Virus record (IMG/VR): IMGVR_UViG_3300025073_000032
Location: 1 to 64,000 of that record
DNA from: a virus
Taxonomy: Duplodnaviria > Caudoviricetes
DNA length: 64,000 nt
Strand: one strand, 5' to 3'
Shown here: one piece after another, positions 24,384 through 37,592 of the stretch
Numbering within the stretch: the first letter of the stretch is position 1
Layout of the letters: each line of letters starts with the position of its first letter
The notes under the pieces: generated by a model
Databases searched by the model: none
What the model was told of the DNA's origin: nothing
What the model saw: the letters and a program-made list of their open reading frames with translations, nothing else
Position numbers and translations under genes: made by a program

Positions 24384-27003
24384 AATGACCTCCATTAGAT
24401 GTTGATCTATCTAATATAAGTGTATCACCGTTCGATTCGATTGCAAGCCTCCTGGTACAAAAAAAGATACCGATCATTATAGATGTAAGGTCTTGCATCC
24501 ATCATTTCGTATACCCTCTCCTGAGCATACTTGTAGTCAAAATCCACCATAAACTTTGAACCTGTACAGTCAACCTCTTTCATCTTATGCTCCTTGCTAT
24601 AGCCATCGTTAATTCCCGGCGCAACTCGCACCATGCCCTGAACAACCAGCGTTCCCGCTCTTCAGCATTCAACAGCTCTGGATGCTCTATTAAAAACATC
24701 TCATACTGCTGTTTGATTTCATCGTCATTCATCAGCATCTCCGAAAATGTTATATATTATAAACCAAATGTTCTGCTGTTGTATAATCTCAAAGTGTTCC
24801 AGCCCAAGAACATGCAGAATACCTGAAATTTTCCTTGTCATCATATAGTCCAGATATCCTGTACCTATACCAAAACTGTCATGATCCTGAATCCTTATCT
24901 TGCTCCCTGGTGTAACCATTGCATCAGCAATAGCTTTCAGACAACAGGCAGTAGTCCTGCCTGAATTCCGAAATTCAGGATAAGGTCGGCCTGATCGTTG
25001 TTGATAGCCGTCTCGCTCTACATCTGATACCCTTTTGTTTTTTATCATCTCAGTACCTTTAATAGATTAGTGTTATAGTGTTCTGTATCGAATTCTGCGG
25101 CAGAACCACATAATGGACAGGTCCATACATGATAAAGCTGTTCAAATGCTTCAGTGTAAGTCAAAGGAATAGACTCGCCTTTGTTACAACCCTTTGAACA
25201 GCGCACTGCGTATATTGATTGTCCTCTGATTCTGAGCATCATTTATCCCCTAGCAACCCCTTATCGGAGGCTTTACTTAAAACAGGTTACGATCCAATTT
25301 TAGTTTTCATTCTCTGACCTCTCTCTATGTTGGTAAATTTCATCTAGCGTTTGCATGATTACCTTATGCTTTCTTGCAGCTGTACGTTGTAGCTCATCTT
25401 CCGACATGTCAGGGTAATCGATTCTCAGTGTCTGTTGTAATCCGTCTAAAGCAAACGCACTAACTTTGTCCCGATAATGCTCCATGCCACAAAAAAAGCA
25501 AATCAACGAATCTTCCACTCCATAAGGAAGTAGCATAGTATCTTTTTGACAACGAGGACATTTGCCTTTCAGTGATTCCAGCTCCTGAATATTCACTAGA
25601 ATTACACCCCCTTTGCTATTAGACCAGTTTCCCTAGCCAGATAATCCATTCTTTGCAAAAATGTTCGATTCCACTTTTGCACCCAGGTGTCCCGATCTAC
25701 TCCTGCCGCATCGGGGCGAGGACCATGCTGAGCATAAGCATATTGCTCAGCTTCCGGTATAAGCTTGTTACGTGCTGCTTCGTATTGATTCTCTCGCATG
25801 TTGTTTGTAACCTCCCTGTTCTAGTTACTCCTTTTTCTTATTTAAAGCTCAAGAGTTTCCATGTTTTTTATTGTTTGATTGCAACAGAAGTGAAAGCAGA
25901 TTTTGGGTTACAGCTTCCTTTTGCATCTCTTCATATCGGGCAGAAAAAGACTGATCTACTTTCAACTCTTCATCAGACGGTTGTAGGGTAAACGAAATGC
26001 TATCAAGAAGCCATTCCATGGCCTGAAGACTTCCAATCATAACAGCATGTTTGTATAATTTAGCTGTACTATCAATAGCCACAGCCCGATTATTCCTTGC
26101 ACAATTGATGCAAATACGCTGAAAGCCTACACCAAAAGGTGCAATAGCTGTCTCTGCTCCGCACATTTCACAAGTTCCTTCGGTACGATCAATTTCAGCC
26201 TCGGTAAAATTAAGCTTTTCCATAGATGATCCTTTCCTGGATTCTCATTAATTTTCTACTAGAATGGGAGTTTATGCTTGGCTTTGATCTTCTTTGATCC
26301 TCCGAATAAGGCTTGTAATGTGGTCTGACAGGTATTCTCCATCTCTTCCCCTAATATCCCCAGTGACCACCATCAGCTCTTCTAACTCTTTTAATATATC
26401 TTCTCGGCTCATTTACACTACTCCTTTCAAAAGAGTCTCCTGATCGATCACCTGGAACTCCCGACGAGTAGAATACTCTACCATCGTGGACATGTATGGG
26501 GAATACTTCACCAAATTAAGCCATGCATCATCTATTATACGTTGTGTCAGATGCTCCTGCGGCAGATGATCGTACTCTGACCTCATCTTAGCTTGACGTG
26601 CCATCTCTCGCTCCTCCGCTATTGCTTGGCAGATTGGACAATCTGTAGAGCACACCATGAAGGTGTACTCACCTTTCTCTCTTAGCTTCTCAGCTTTGTC
26701 TTTGGATAGGAATCGTACATCTTTGTAAATCATAGACCCCCCTCACTTTCCGTGGCTATAATCTCAGCCCACACCACTTTACCATCCAGAAGGTCTTCCC
26801 GGCAGATATGAGTGGTTGTAGACCCACAGTAAAAGGGAGTGTCCTGATCCCGCTCCCCTTTGATTACCAAATAGTACAAGGAAATCTCATGCTCATTCTT
26901 GACTTCTTGACCTATGAGCATTTCCTTGTACACCCCATCGGTACCAAAAGCTGCTGACAGTATCGCCAACAGCTTTTCTATTATATCTCTTCTGTTCATA
27001 GGC

Positions 27004-27387
27004 TCATTTCCCCCTGGCAGATCGTGCTACGGCTAACCGTTTGGATGCTTTCTCTCGTTGCTCATCAGACATTACCTTGGCTTTACGAAACGGATTCTTG
27101 CCCAGCCTGAAAGCCCAAAGAGGACACTGTTTAGCCGTACATAAAGTTACTTCAGAATACATGCCTCCGCAACAGTCCAGACACTTCGCCCTGATCGCTG
27201 GCAAAGGGGATGTGAGGTCAGATTCTACATTCCTAAGCTCTTCCATTGCTTCCTTGCCGCTTATGCGCTGGCGAGGAGCTGGTTTTTCTTTCTTCTGCTT
27301 AGCCACAACAACAGGCTTGCCAGTCTCTTTTGCTTTCTTGGCTGCTCGTTGAATGGCTTTCTCTGTTACTTCCAAGGATTTTTTCAT
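27004..27387 (-). CDS. Zn-binding phage protein
   Basis: AIRAKCLDCCGG...EVTLC...CPLWAFRLGKNP conserved phage motif. Confidence 0.7.
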   Translation of the reverse strand: MKKSLEVTEKAIQRAAKKAKETGKPVVVAKQKKEKPAPRQRISGKEAMEELRNVESDLTSPLPAIRAKCLDCCGGMYSEVTLCTAKQCPLWAFRLGKNPFRKAKVMSDEQREKASKRLAVARSARGK

Positions 27388-27398
27388 TATTTAGCTCC

Positions 27399-27491
27399 TT
27401 ATCTTTTGAATATTATACAGTCGAAACAGTGACAGCATCGTGTACATTTTTTGCAGCAGAAGCACTCGGATTTCCGTCCACACTCGCACAT
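27399..27491 (-). CDS. 30-aa Cys-rich metallothionein-like micropeptide
   Basis: Hand translation MCECGRKSECFCCKKCTRCCHCFDCIIFKR*; stop abuts the next gene's RBS. Confidence 0.55.
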   Translation of the reverse strand: MCECGRKSECFCCKKCTRCCHCFDCIIFKR

Positions 27492-28040
27492 TAGTTAGCC
27501 CACCGCCTCTCCATATTCATTTATTTGGCTTACCTGCACCAATGCAACAAAGCACGAACAGCCTCACGTTGTTTCTTTGCTTCTGTACAGACTATACAGT
27601 CTGTATTGTTACAAGTAAACTCTATATTGTATATATTGTTAAGGCTGTATGATTTATTTCTAGCTTTTTGATAGAATCCTATCATTTTATTTTCTCCTTT
27701 TTACTAATCGGTCAATACTGATCTTACGTTCAGGTTGGATCAACAAACATCAGGTCGTCAACATATAGAAATGCTCGTTCTTCCAGCTTCTCTTCTCGAC
27801 CACAATTGAAGCATTTATACCCGTCCAGAACTTCGTTCATATTGTGGTTGCATGCACATACCCGTTTTTTCGCTTTCATGCTCGGCCCCTTTCTGTTGAA
27901 TAATACTTCCGGCTCCTTAAGCCATCTTCATAAGTACGGACCACAAAAAACCCATGCTCCGTAAGCTCTATTGACTCCTCGTACCGTTCCTCTTTCTCGT
28001 ATTCGTAGCTTGCCATGATGACCTCCCCTTATCTATTATA

Positions 28041-28068
28041 AGTATATCACCACTGGTACCCATGTCAA
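28041..28068 (-). promoter_or_regulatory. Strong sigma70 early promoter
   Basis: TTGACA-16-TATACT with extended -10 TG. Confidence 0.75.
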
Positions 28069-28210
28069 GGAGTTATATAATATATGTTTTAGATCAATTC
28101 ACTGTAGCCACACCAGCAAACCCTTCGCCGTCGGCCATCTACAACCTGCCAACCCTCACGCATAAGACAAAAGCATTTGGGACACTTGTGGTGGCACTTA
28201 CAGCTTGCTT

Positions 28211-28306
28211 TCACGGTAGTACCCCGCAAGTACAGCATCTCTTGCACAAGCCACACCACCAGCATTTCCGGTCAGTTGCACACCCACAGTTTGGTTTTCC
28301 TCTCAT
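28211..28306 (-). CDS. 31-aa Cys-rich micropeptide, paralogue of 27399-27491
   Basis: MRGKPNCGCATDRKCWWCGLCKRCCTCGVLP*; GGGAGG RBS, ATGA overlap with upstream ORF, GTGA overlap with downstream ORF. Confidence 0.65.
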   Translation of the reverse strand: MRGKPNCGCATDRKCWWCGLCKRCCTCGVLP

Positions 28307-28511
28307 TGATCGGTCCTCCCTTCCCATACCCCATCGATCACGCCAGGGAAGAACTCACCTTTTGATCCATTAGGCTCCTCTACGTACACTCTCCCGGTGC
28401 TGCTCGGCTTGTGTGGCTCAACGATCCGCAGGAGCTTTACACGCTCTCCTCTGAAGGTTTCGTAGACTTGCCCGATCATCGCAGGTTCACCTTTTATTAG
28501 AAGTCTCATTG

Positions 28512-28691
28512 TTAAGCTCCTTTCTGGTGACAGTGACCAGCTTCAATCAATTCTGTAGCTATCCTACCATAAGCACCCTGTAGGCCCCAAACTATACCAG
28601 TGTCAATCATCTCCTGAAAGAACTCGACAGTCTCTTCTTCTTCCATCTCACCAGCTTCAAATTCTATTATCTTTCCCACTAGATCGGTCAT
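28512..28691 (-). CDS. Small conserved phage protein (WxLQGxYGR family)
   Basis: Hand translation MTDLVGKIIEFEAGEMEEEETVEFFQEMIDTGIVWGLQGAYGRIATELIEAGHC...; 59 aa, below the ORF-track cutoff. Confidence 0.65.
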   Translation of the reverse strand: MTDLVGKIIEFEAGEMEEEETVEFFQEMIDTGIVWGLQGAYGRIATELIEAGHCHQKGA

Positions 28692-29228
28692 GACTGTTCC
28701 TCCACCGTCTCAAATACCCCGGTGCTACGTTCCGACAGCTTCAAGTGAGGACAAGGTACATCAGGAATAATGAAGCGTTCATACCCTTTATCATCCCGTA
28801 CCCCATATAGTGCATTACGAATATGACGAGCCTCATATACCTTGCCGTCCGTGAAAATAGCTGAGCTGCTTTCGTTCTTACGGCAGATTACCTTGATGTA
28901 CGGTTTTTCATTCATTTATCATACCCCGCGATAACTCGGTTAATGTACTCTTCCACGGTTTCAGCTGGCCTTCCCAGGTTTCTAATCTCAGCGACCATGC
29001 CCCTGATCTTCCGTAGCTCCTGCTTGACTATCCATTTATCAGTCCTGGTCATTAGCAGCTCCTATTGGTGGAATATGGGAAGGTGTCACTGGTTTTACGG
29101 CACCTGGAGCATACATGCAACAGGTCAGCTTCAGGATCGGCTACAACCTCAAATGACCCAACTGTAAACCACTCGTTGCAGCCTATGCACTTGATCCGAT
29201 ACCAAACCATAACTACCTCCGTACTTAT

Positions 29229-29256
29229 ATAATATCAAATCTGCAAACCATGTCAA
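29229..29256 (-). promoter_or_regulatory. Strong sigma70 early promoter
   Basis: TTGACA-16-TATTAT with extended -10 TG; GGAGG RBS downstream. Confidence 0.7.
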
Positions 29257-29863
29257 GTTATCTAATAGAATTATTTTCTCTTTCTTTTTTGAGCACTTAT
29301 CAGCTTTTGCAGATGTGGACAGAAGGGACAGTTTAACCTGCCCCCTGCTGCCTTGTGGCATGGCTCTTTACGGCATGCCTCTTGTGCTCTCTGTACTGCC
29401 TCTTCCAGGGTATATTTCTGAGTACTAGAAGCCATAGTTCACCTTTAGGTAGATCATCAATATATCCATAGCTGCAAGAGCCAAAATCAGCTTCAGAGCT
29501 TTTTTGTCATTGGGAAGCATACTATCCTCCTCACCTATGTATACTACCATTTATTACGAAAAAAGCCCCTATTTTTTATAATAGAAGCTTTTTTTCTTGC
29601 TTACCTCTTTAATTACAGCTAGTTACTCTTTTGCTTTAAACCCATCAGAAGTGAACAAAATCAGCTGAAACTCCTCGGACAGAAGGAAATCCACTCGTTG
29701 CACAAGACAAGACGGCTCTCTTCTATTGTTGTCATCCACATACATCAGCCTACCATTCTCAACAGCATACCTGACTCCTTTATGCATAAACATCCTTGCT
29801 CGTCCTTCTTGCACAGCTCTAATCGCTTCTGATAAGATCATATAATATCCTTTCGGTTGTTGT

Positions 29864-29939
29864 AAAAAAAGCCTCCCCGCTCCATTACGGAGGCTGCAAG
29901 GGACTTTATACCCAAGTCAGCGCCACACACCAGGGAGGC
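29864..29939 (-). terminator. Terminator with alternative pairing / structured RNA
   Basis: GCCUCC occurs twice and either copy can pair with GGAGGC before U7. Confidence 0.55.
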
Positions 29940-31881
29940 AAACTGTATTAATCTCCTATCGGCCAAACCCAGTAACCTAGATCATCTACATTAAAACCTA
30001 GCTTTCTGAGTATTCTTCCTGAGTAACTGCTTTGCTCTATCTCAAACTCTGATACTTCCAGCACTAAAGCGCCATCTCGTACACCTGAAACAAATACTCT
30101 TGTAGCAAGACCATCTCTCAAATGCTTTGCCAGTACCTGCAAACCTGTAATAAAAGCATTCATGTTGTTTACTGAGTCTATTTTACGACTCAAGTATTCA
30201 AACTGTTGCTCATTATCTAATGCATGTATTCTCACAGGTCATCCTCCTTATGCTGAAATATTTTCAAATGACGCATACATTCACAAATATGATCGCTTAT
30301 GTCATGATTCCGCAAAGCTTCAATCAGTTTAGCTTTGTATATAGCCGAACAGGTGTAATCCACAACTACATTATCTTCCTCAAGTCCTTTTTGTAATACA
30401 TAAGCTATCTGAAGTGCATCTCTCACCGGAAGTACCATCACGACAGCGGTACCTAGTTCGATCTTCTCAGCGTCTTCTTCGCTTAGCTTAACGTATTTCA
30501 TGATCTTACTCCCTAAATACTTTGAATTTACTTCTCTCCTCTCTGGTTACTCCCAAATAACCTATAATATAACCCCCTACACATATTTTTTATTGCCATC
30601 TTTATCATGCCCCAGTTGGTCAGGTATATCGGCTTTGGATGTGGTTGTTCGAACGCTTCTCCATAAGCCTGATAATCAGCAAAGGCTGCAAACTCTTCAC
30701 ACTCATTATGATTCTCTATACACCAGAGCCATACCTCGTTGGGACAGAAGAGGCATGGCTGAAGCTCCCCAGGTACGGATAAGTGAATCCTCCTCATCGA
30801 ATCCAGCGATTCATGCATCTCCTTGGTCAAAGGCTCCTGCATTGTGCATGCAGCTATCCAGCATGAACTCTTCAGCATTCCCTGTTCTTCTTCCATCAAT
30901 GCCTCCAATGATGTATTAGATACCTAAAACCACTTCCCAGGTGATTCGGCAAGTGGTCCTTAGTCTTCTCATCAAAATAAGCTTGTAACAGTGTGTCAGC
31001 CCAAAGCAGGATCATCACCACCAAAAACAGTACTAGCACTCTCATCTTTTCTTCTCCCTATGCTACGTTCACTCCTCATTATTATATTTCTGATCTATGT
31101 AACGCTTAGCATCTTCAACACTTGCATGCCAAATTACTTCCTTTTCAGACTCCAACAGATTATGTGCATCTCCTCCTTTGGTGCTTATCAACAGTCGATA
31201 GCATTCAGGTGTATAATATTCATGCACCAAACAACCCGAACCGTTGAATACTCTGATACTATCAGCCACTATGTATAGAAACGTACCTGTTTTCTTGGTT
31301 ACGATACTGCCTACAGGTACATTCTTCAAAAGCATCAATATTTTTACTGTCATTTTCGCCTCTTCTTTCCCTTGTTCCGCTTATCATACTGCTCTTGCAT
31401 GAACTCACGGTACTTGTGTTTGCTCTCTTCTTTTGTTTGTCTAATATCATCATAAGTAGCGCCAATGCTGCACTGAGTAAGTGTCAGGCCGGACTGTATA
31501 ATATATAACTGAGCATATTGCATATCATCTACTACAACACATTCATCATATAGTATAGCATTAGTAACTGTCCCTAACTCAGTCCTGTTACCTTCAGCAT
31601 CGATCATGTATACCTTAACTGACCCAGGAAGTGCAGATACCATTATCTTGTCACCTTCTGATACAGATGACCGTCACCGTCTGGAGCATTGCATGACTTA
31701 CTCATGCCCTCTTCTGGAGTGCGTTGACAAAAGACACATCTCCACTCAATCTGTTTTACCTCTCTTTGAGGCTTTACTGTCATAATCTTCAATCCTTTTG
31801 GTGCTCCTATCTGCTTTTTAGCGGCTGAGTCAAACACAAAGGTAGGCACAATCATCAGACAGACTAGTATGATAATATATT

Positions 31882-32193
31882 TCATGGCTGTTCTCCTTTA
31901 TCTTGATGATGCAGCCACTGGTGAATATCTTCCAGCTTTGCTTTGCCATACTCAAGTAATGCATACTGATAAATGTCTTTGTTCATACACATCAGATTGA
32001 CAGCAACATCGACATGAGCAAGCTCTTTCATCAGTAGTTCTCTATTAGTAATCTCAGGATTCTTTGGATGATAACTCTCGTATCCATGCCTAATGATCTT
32101 TTGAATGATTTGTCCTGCTTCACAAAGCTCTTCAGCCAGTAAAGCAAGCCGTTCAAGCTCAGCATCTGTTAAGTTATTAGAAAACTCGCTCAT
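31882..32193 (-). CDS. MazG-like NTP pyrophosphohydrolase
   Basis: LAEELCEAGQIIQKIIRHG...NRELLMKELAHV (ExxE...ExxD-type, last residue H). Confidence 0.7.
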   Translation of the reverse strand: MSEFSNNLTDAELERLALLAEELCEAGQIIQKIIRHGYESYHPKNPEITNRELLMKELAHVDVAVNLMCMNKDIYQYALLEYGKAKLEDIHQWLHHQDKGEQP

Positions 32194-32662
32194 TCACCTT
32201 TCTCCCGTTTACTAGTTACAGACTTTAGTCGAAATACCCACTTTGGGGTGTTGTTTACGCCGTACTCTTCCCCTTCGTGATGAATACACCCTTGATTTGA
32301 ACAATACCACCACCAATCACTTTCAGGGTGAAGCTTTCCCATCTGATCGTTGCAGCAAGCATCAACTACAGGCCAGCCACACGCACTACAATAAATGTCA
32401 CTAATACTCGCTGAATTTAGTTGTTTAGCGATCATTCTCCTTTCTCTCTTTCTCCTACGCAATAAGGGCATTGGCTCCTATGCCGCCCAATGCTCTTCCC
32501 TTTTGGTGCTCCTACCTTGACCTCACCGTAGTTTTGGCCTTTAGGTTTATCTCCATGTCGATCACAGCGCACAACATACCAGCGTTTACGTGCGCCCCCG
32601 CCTTTTCCAGATGCTGTAGTTCCCATGATTTTTACTCCTTTCCCTTCTGTATACTCCTAAAA

Positions 32663-33061
32663 TTATCCTTTCTTGTGCTTCTCTCTCAAAGAGAGTAACC
32701 ACACTGTTACTTCATGTGATTTTTCACTATTAGAATGTTTATCAGGATGACAGAGCATTATTAAATCCTTGAACTTTGCCATAAACTCATCCTCAAAAGA
32801 AGATGTTCTATTAGATGTTCTGGAGGAATTGTTAAATGACTGCCTGAAGAATTCCTCAAAAGGCCCAAAACCCTCAAACCCTCCAAAACCCCCAAAATCT
32901 CTGCTCCTACCCCCATAAGCTTCTCTAAACTTCTCTCGCTTCTCTTGCTTAGCTTTATCTTTTTCTGGCTTGATATAGCCAAAGTAGCAAGGAGCACAGT
33001 ATTCAGAGTAATCATTTTTAGGTGCAAATGGCTCTTTACATCTCTTACAATTTTTCAGCAT
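32663..33061 (-). CDS. Zn-finger plus J-domain-like protein
   Basis: N-terminal CxxC/CxxC, G/F-rich middle, C-terminal LCHPDKH. Confidence 0.65.
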   Translation of the reverse strand: MLKNCKRCKEPFAPKNDYSEYCAPCYFGYIKPEKDKAKQEKREKFREAYGGRSRDFGGFGGFEGFGPFEEFFRQSFNNSSRTSNRTSSFEDEFMAKFKDLIMLCHPDKHSNSEKSHEVTVWLLSLREKHKKG

Positions 33062-35257
33062 GACTTCGCCCTTTGCATTACTTCAGCAATACGATTCATC
33101 AAATGCTCAATTGATGATCCTAGCTCCTCAAAAGGTACCCAAAAAGCAATCCCGTTACGACTTACCCAATGGTAAGTACGCCTTATATAATGTACATCTT
33201 CGGGTGACACTTCAACCCCTACTTCAGGTAATGGCTTAACAAGCTCGTTATACTCATAAAAGCAGTTAGAGCACTCAAGAAAATGACCTTCCATTGCACC
33301 CCATACGCATAAGCCTCTATAGGTTCTATTAAACATGTCAATTATCCTTCCGTAGTGGCAATATGATCCTCTGGATGTAGTTTTGTTCCATTACATACAG
33401 GACAGAATTCTCCTGTGTCCTCATCGAATATATACTGCATCAACTCTTTTGCTTCCTCTTCGGTACAACCCTCCGTGTAATCGGCAATTCTGACATTACG
33501 GTATGTCTCAAACGTTCCATCACCGTTACAATATCTACACGGCTCTCTCAGCATATTTTTACTCCATACTCGGCTAAACTCTCTTCTGGCAAAGTATTGG
33601 CAGCTTTCCAGGTTTCTCTAACAGTATTATCAAAGGTGTAATAGACAATCTCATGCTTGAAACAAGCGAAAGCTGCTTCCTCTCTAGTGATTGGACAAAC
33701 AGGTGAAAGCTCCCTGAATAAGCATCCACAAGGCATCAACCCTGTTGTCTCCAGTCTAGTTCTTCTCATCGTAAGAACTCCTCTACCTCTATAACCTCTA
33801 TTACTACTCCCGCAGGGCGAACTGTATTCGCAACTTCGATGATTACATTCAAAGATATCCTTGGGTACCTATTGACAAACACTCGTATATGTCCTGGTTT
33901 TAGCTCAAAAACTCTACTTTTCCTGGTGTACCATGATATTGTATCTTTTAAACATTCAAGTGTTGCCATATACATGATCGCATCCTCCCCTCCCTGGTTA
34001 CTCCTCCCAATCGGTTATTCTTGCAATTTTGGCCTGAAAATCCTTGATTGCCCCCTCAGCCTCGGCTATTCGCATCTTTAGCTGTTGTATAATATACGTT
34101 TTTGCTTCTGCGTAAGTTGCAGGGTAGGCCCGATATGGTTCATGCCTGTACTCCCTGGTCCCATCCTCAAAAAACACGTAATTATTTGTGAACTTAGTCA
34201 CCTTTCTCTGCTCTATACTAGCCACAGGATAAACTTGTGCTCTATACACAGTCATAAGCTTACTTTCAGGTATGCTTTGAGTGTATATTACACAATATGA
34301 ACCAGGACCATGCTCGTCATCCATCTTGGTGATAAGCTTGCTTAAATCAAAGCCAGCGTCCATCAACCTGTCATCTACCTGATCCGGGTTAAGCAATCGC
34401 AACTCTGCTATAGTTAGTTTTAACTCTCTGTGGCTCATGCATAATTCTCATCAAAATTACAACGTGCAACCCACTGTTTACCGCATTTAGCACACTCTAG
34501 CACATCGTTGTCACCATCACAGACTATACAACGAGCATTGTTGGTACAACTATGTTCTTCAATCTCATCCAATAGATCGAAGTAATACAGAGAGTATGCA
34601 CCGTGTATACGCTTTCCGGTCCTGGCAAGCTCTACAAGTTGTGTAGGTGTCATCCATCTTTGCTCATCTATCTGCTCAGACTCTGATTTCTTTGGTTTCT
34701 TACCAAATATTTCGTTGTACCGATCTTCACTCATACTATAATAGAACCTTAGTTTATCATCCATTGTTTTTCTCCTCGTCAGGTCTGTATATCTCTAAAC
34801 TAATAGTGTCAGTCATCACCATACTTCTATTATCAGGAAACAGCTCTTTAGTCTCTTTCTTTATCTCGGCACATATGCGTTCAAAAATCTCAGGACGTAC
34901 TGCTTTCTCAAGCCGCCATATAAGCACATCTCCAGGTTTGACAATGAGCACCGATAATTCAGTTCTTATAATATCAAATTCCATTAGTCCTCCACCAAGT
35001 CTTCTGTGAGAATATTCAGCTCATGCGTCATTTCGTAAAGTTCGTTATCAAAATCATCTCGGTTCAACTTCTCACGGATAGCGTCTGATAGCTCTTTTAC
35101 CCGATCAATGTTCATTTTCCTTACTACATCTGCTTGTTGCTTACGAAAAGCTTCTTTGGATGTGATTTTCATCATATTCTCCTTTGTTTTAATAGCTACA
35201 CAAGCTATATCACCGACATAATATAGCCTCCTCTCTTTCAATTACTCCCGTTTATAA

Positions 35258-35277
35258 GAAAAAACCCCTTTCGGGGC
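35258..35277 (-). terminator. Intrinsic terminator
   Basis: GCCCC GAAA GGGGU followed by a U-tract, directly after the stop of 35278-35748. Confidence 0.8.
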
Positions 35278-36094
35278 TTAATCAAATTCAATAGGTAGAG
35301 TCAAACCTTGTAATAGAACATTTAGCTCTCTCGCTTGCTCCTCGGTCTTCTCTGTAGCTCGGTTGTTTATCACTACCTGAGAATACAAGCTCTCCACTAG
35401 AAGCCTGACCCTGGCTATCCTGGCTTTCTCCACCACAGAAGACAAGCTCTTGGAAAACTCATCAGCAGATGGAATGAGCAACAAAGCTTGCTCTTCTGGA
35501 GGTGGCTGTACTTGTGCTACCTTCTTCGGCCTACCACGTTTCTTTGCTGGCTTATCAACTGTTATATTATTCAAAATCTTTGCTCCTTTCTTTGATCTGA
35601 CAGAGATGCATTTCGCAAAGTCATTGGCAAAGCCACAGTAGCTAGAGTCGCATATGTCATTACGTGTATGTGGTTTACTGTGATTGCACTCCTTGTTGCC
35701 ACACTTGTCAGCTTTATTACATATCTGAATCTGATCCACTTTTACCATGTTATCTCTCCTTTCTTACTTGCAGTCTGAAGATAAGCTTCTGTATTGCAAG
35801 TTTGGCCTTGAATGCATCCTCCAGGTTATTAATGCTTACAGAGTGAATATCCTCATCCCAGTTACTATCTCTGTATAATACAATACCATCAGTCGCTTCT
35901 TCAATCCTAAGCAACTTACTCTGTTCCCTCTCTATAAACAGATTCCAAAGCTGTTCATAGTTCAACCCGCCATCCATAGCAGTATACTCAGTTGATGCAT
36001 GTAGCACAGCTACAACATAAGCAAAATTACGCTTTCGACTTTCTTCCTTAAGTACTTCCTGTTCTATAATAGTATCTATCATACTACTCCCCTA

Positions 36095-36295
36095 TTACTC
36101 TACAAATGCAGCTATACGTGCTCCAAGAATTTCTGAGTATTGCCACATAATGTCATTCTGCACTTTGAGCCGTTCCTGCTCAGCCAAATCAAGCTCTGCA
36201 AAGATAGGACTTAGCCCGATGAGTTCGCTCAGTGCTTGAGCTTTCCTATCAAGCTCGGCTTTTTCTTCTACTACTCTTAATTGATAATCTTGCAT
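36095..36295 (-). CDS. crAss001_48-like small coiled-coil protein
   Basis: YQLRVVEEKAEL...Q..IMWQYSEILGARI pattern. Confidence 0.65.
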   Translation of the reverse strand: MQDYQLRVVEEKAELDRKAQALSELIGLSPIFAELDLAEQERLKVQNDIMWQYSEILGARIAAFVE

Positions 36296-37592
36296 ATCTT
36301 AATCCTCCATAACCTTATGATCGGTCAAGCTCTCCATCTCCATGTGTAGCTGTAAGTGGCTACATTCAGAGCTTTTAAAAGCAGCACAGTGTATACGATC
36401 ACAAAGCCAATCCCACCTCTCTCCATACTCTTTCATAGTTTCTGTCATAATTTACTCCTTTTCTTGTCTATTATTACTCAGCCCTCTAAAACCTCCTCAA
36501 TAGGTTTACAAGTAGGACATGGGTACGAGAAATCGATCCGACACATATCATGCTGGCTATGCTCCTTAGCATGACCGCAATCTTTAAACTCACACTCTTT
36601 ATAGTGTGGACAAATGACTTGCATTGCTCCATCTCCTCTTCGTAACACCCTTTGCAGATGTACCCTTCGTCGTATTCGTGCGTGCAACATCCCCAACCTA
36701 CCACTCTGTAGTCTGCATCGTTACCGCAGTACATTACCTCGCAAACGTAATTGTCTTTTTCATCCTGATCCAGCTCTTTTACTATTTCCATATTTCAGGT
36801 TACTCCTTTTTTTAGCTTGTGTTGTTCTAATAGAGATAATAGGTCAATAGCCATATGATTGACACTATCCACAGCAGAAACCTTACCGGATTAATGCTGA
36901 GCTGCTTACTCGGTAAAAACTTTCGTGCCATGTTGTGTTTCACAATCATACAGAAGCTTATAATAGACAGTACAGAGTACACCCAAGATACCAGTGTAAA
37001 GAAGTATGCAATCATGTTACACCTCACAGAAGATTTCTTCTGACTTTGCGATCCCGGCGAACAAGTATACATTATACAACCAGACAAGCTCGTCAATGCG
37101 CTCTCTACAAGCCTCTACATCCCCGTACCTGTCCATGCGAAAGCCACAGCCTTTTGGTAGATAAAAGTCACTGTAATAGTGCAAGAACATCTCAGCAGGA
37201 CACTGCTTGCATCTCGTACCTACACTACACAAAGGACAATCCTCTACATCGATATTGTTCTCGTCATCGTACTCAGGGTATTTATTATACTCATACAACT
37301 CTATCAGCTCTCTAATAGCCTCCAAGTATTCCCTGGTACGGTAAAACCCAGGTCGAGCTGACGTGGAATCTTCCAGCAGTTCGCTAATATTAATCTTCAT
37401 CAAACTTGTGTTCATGGTTCTTTCCTTTCGCTATGAAGCGTTCACAGGGGCAGTGACAGCTGTCTGTTTTACATCGTCCTTTGCCCAGCACTCCTAGAGT
37501 ATAGCCATGCTCATCTCTCCTATGACCACATGCACACTCACTATCAGGATCACCCAGTACAGCTCTATTCCATCCTTGTTCGCTCATAGATT

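Noticed and set aside
24725-25048. RNSGRTT as a functional P-loop ATPase
   Set aside because: Only 107 aa with no clear Walker B; left as hypothetical
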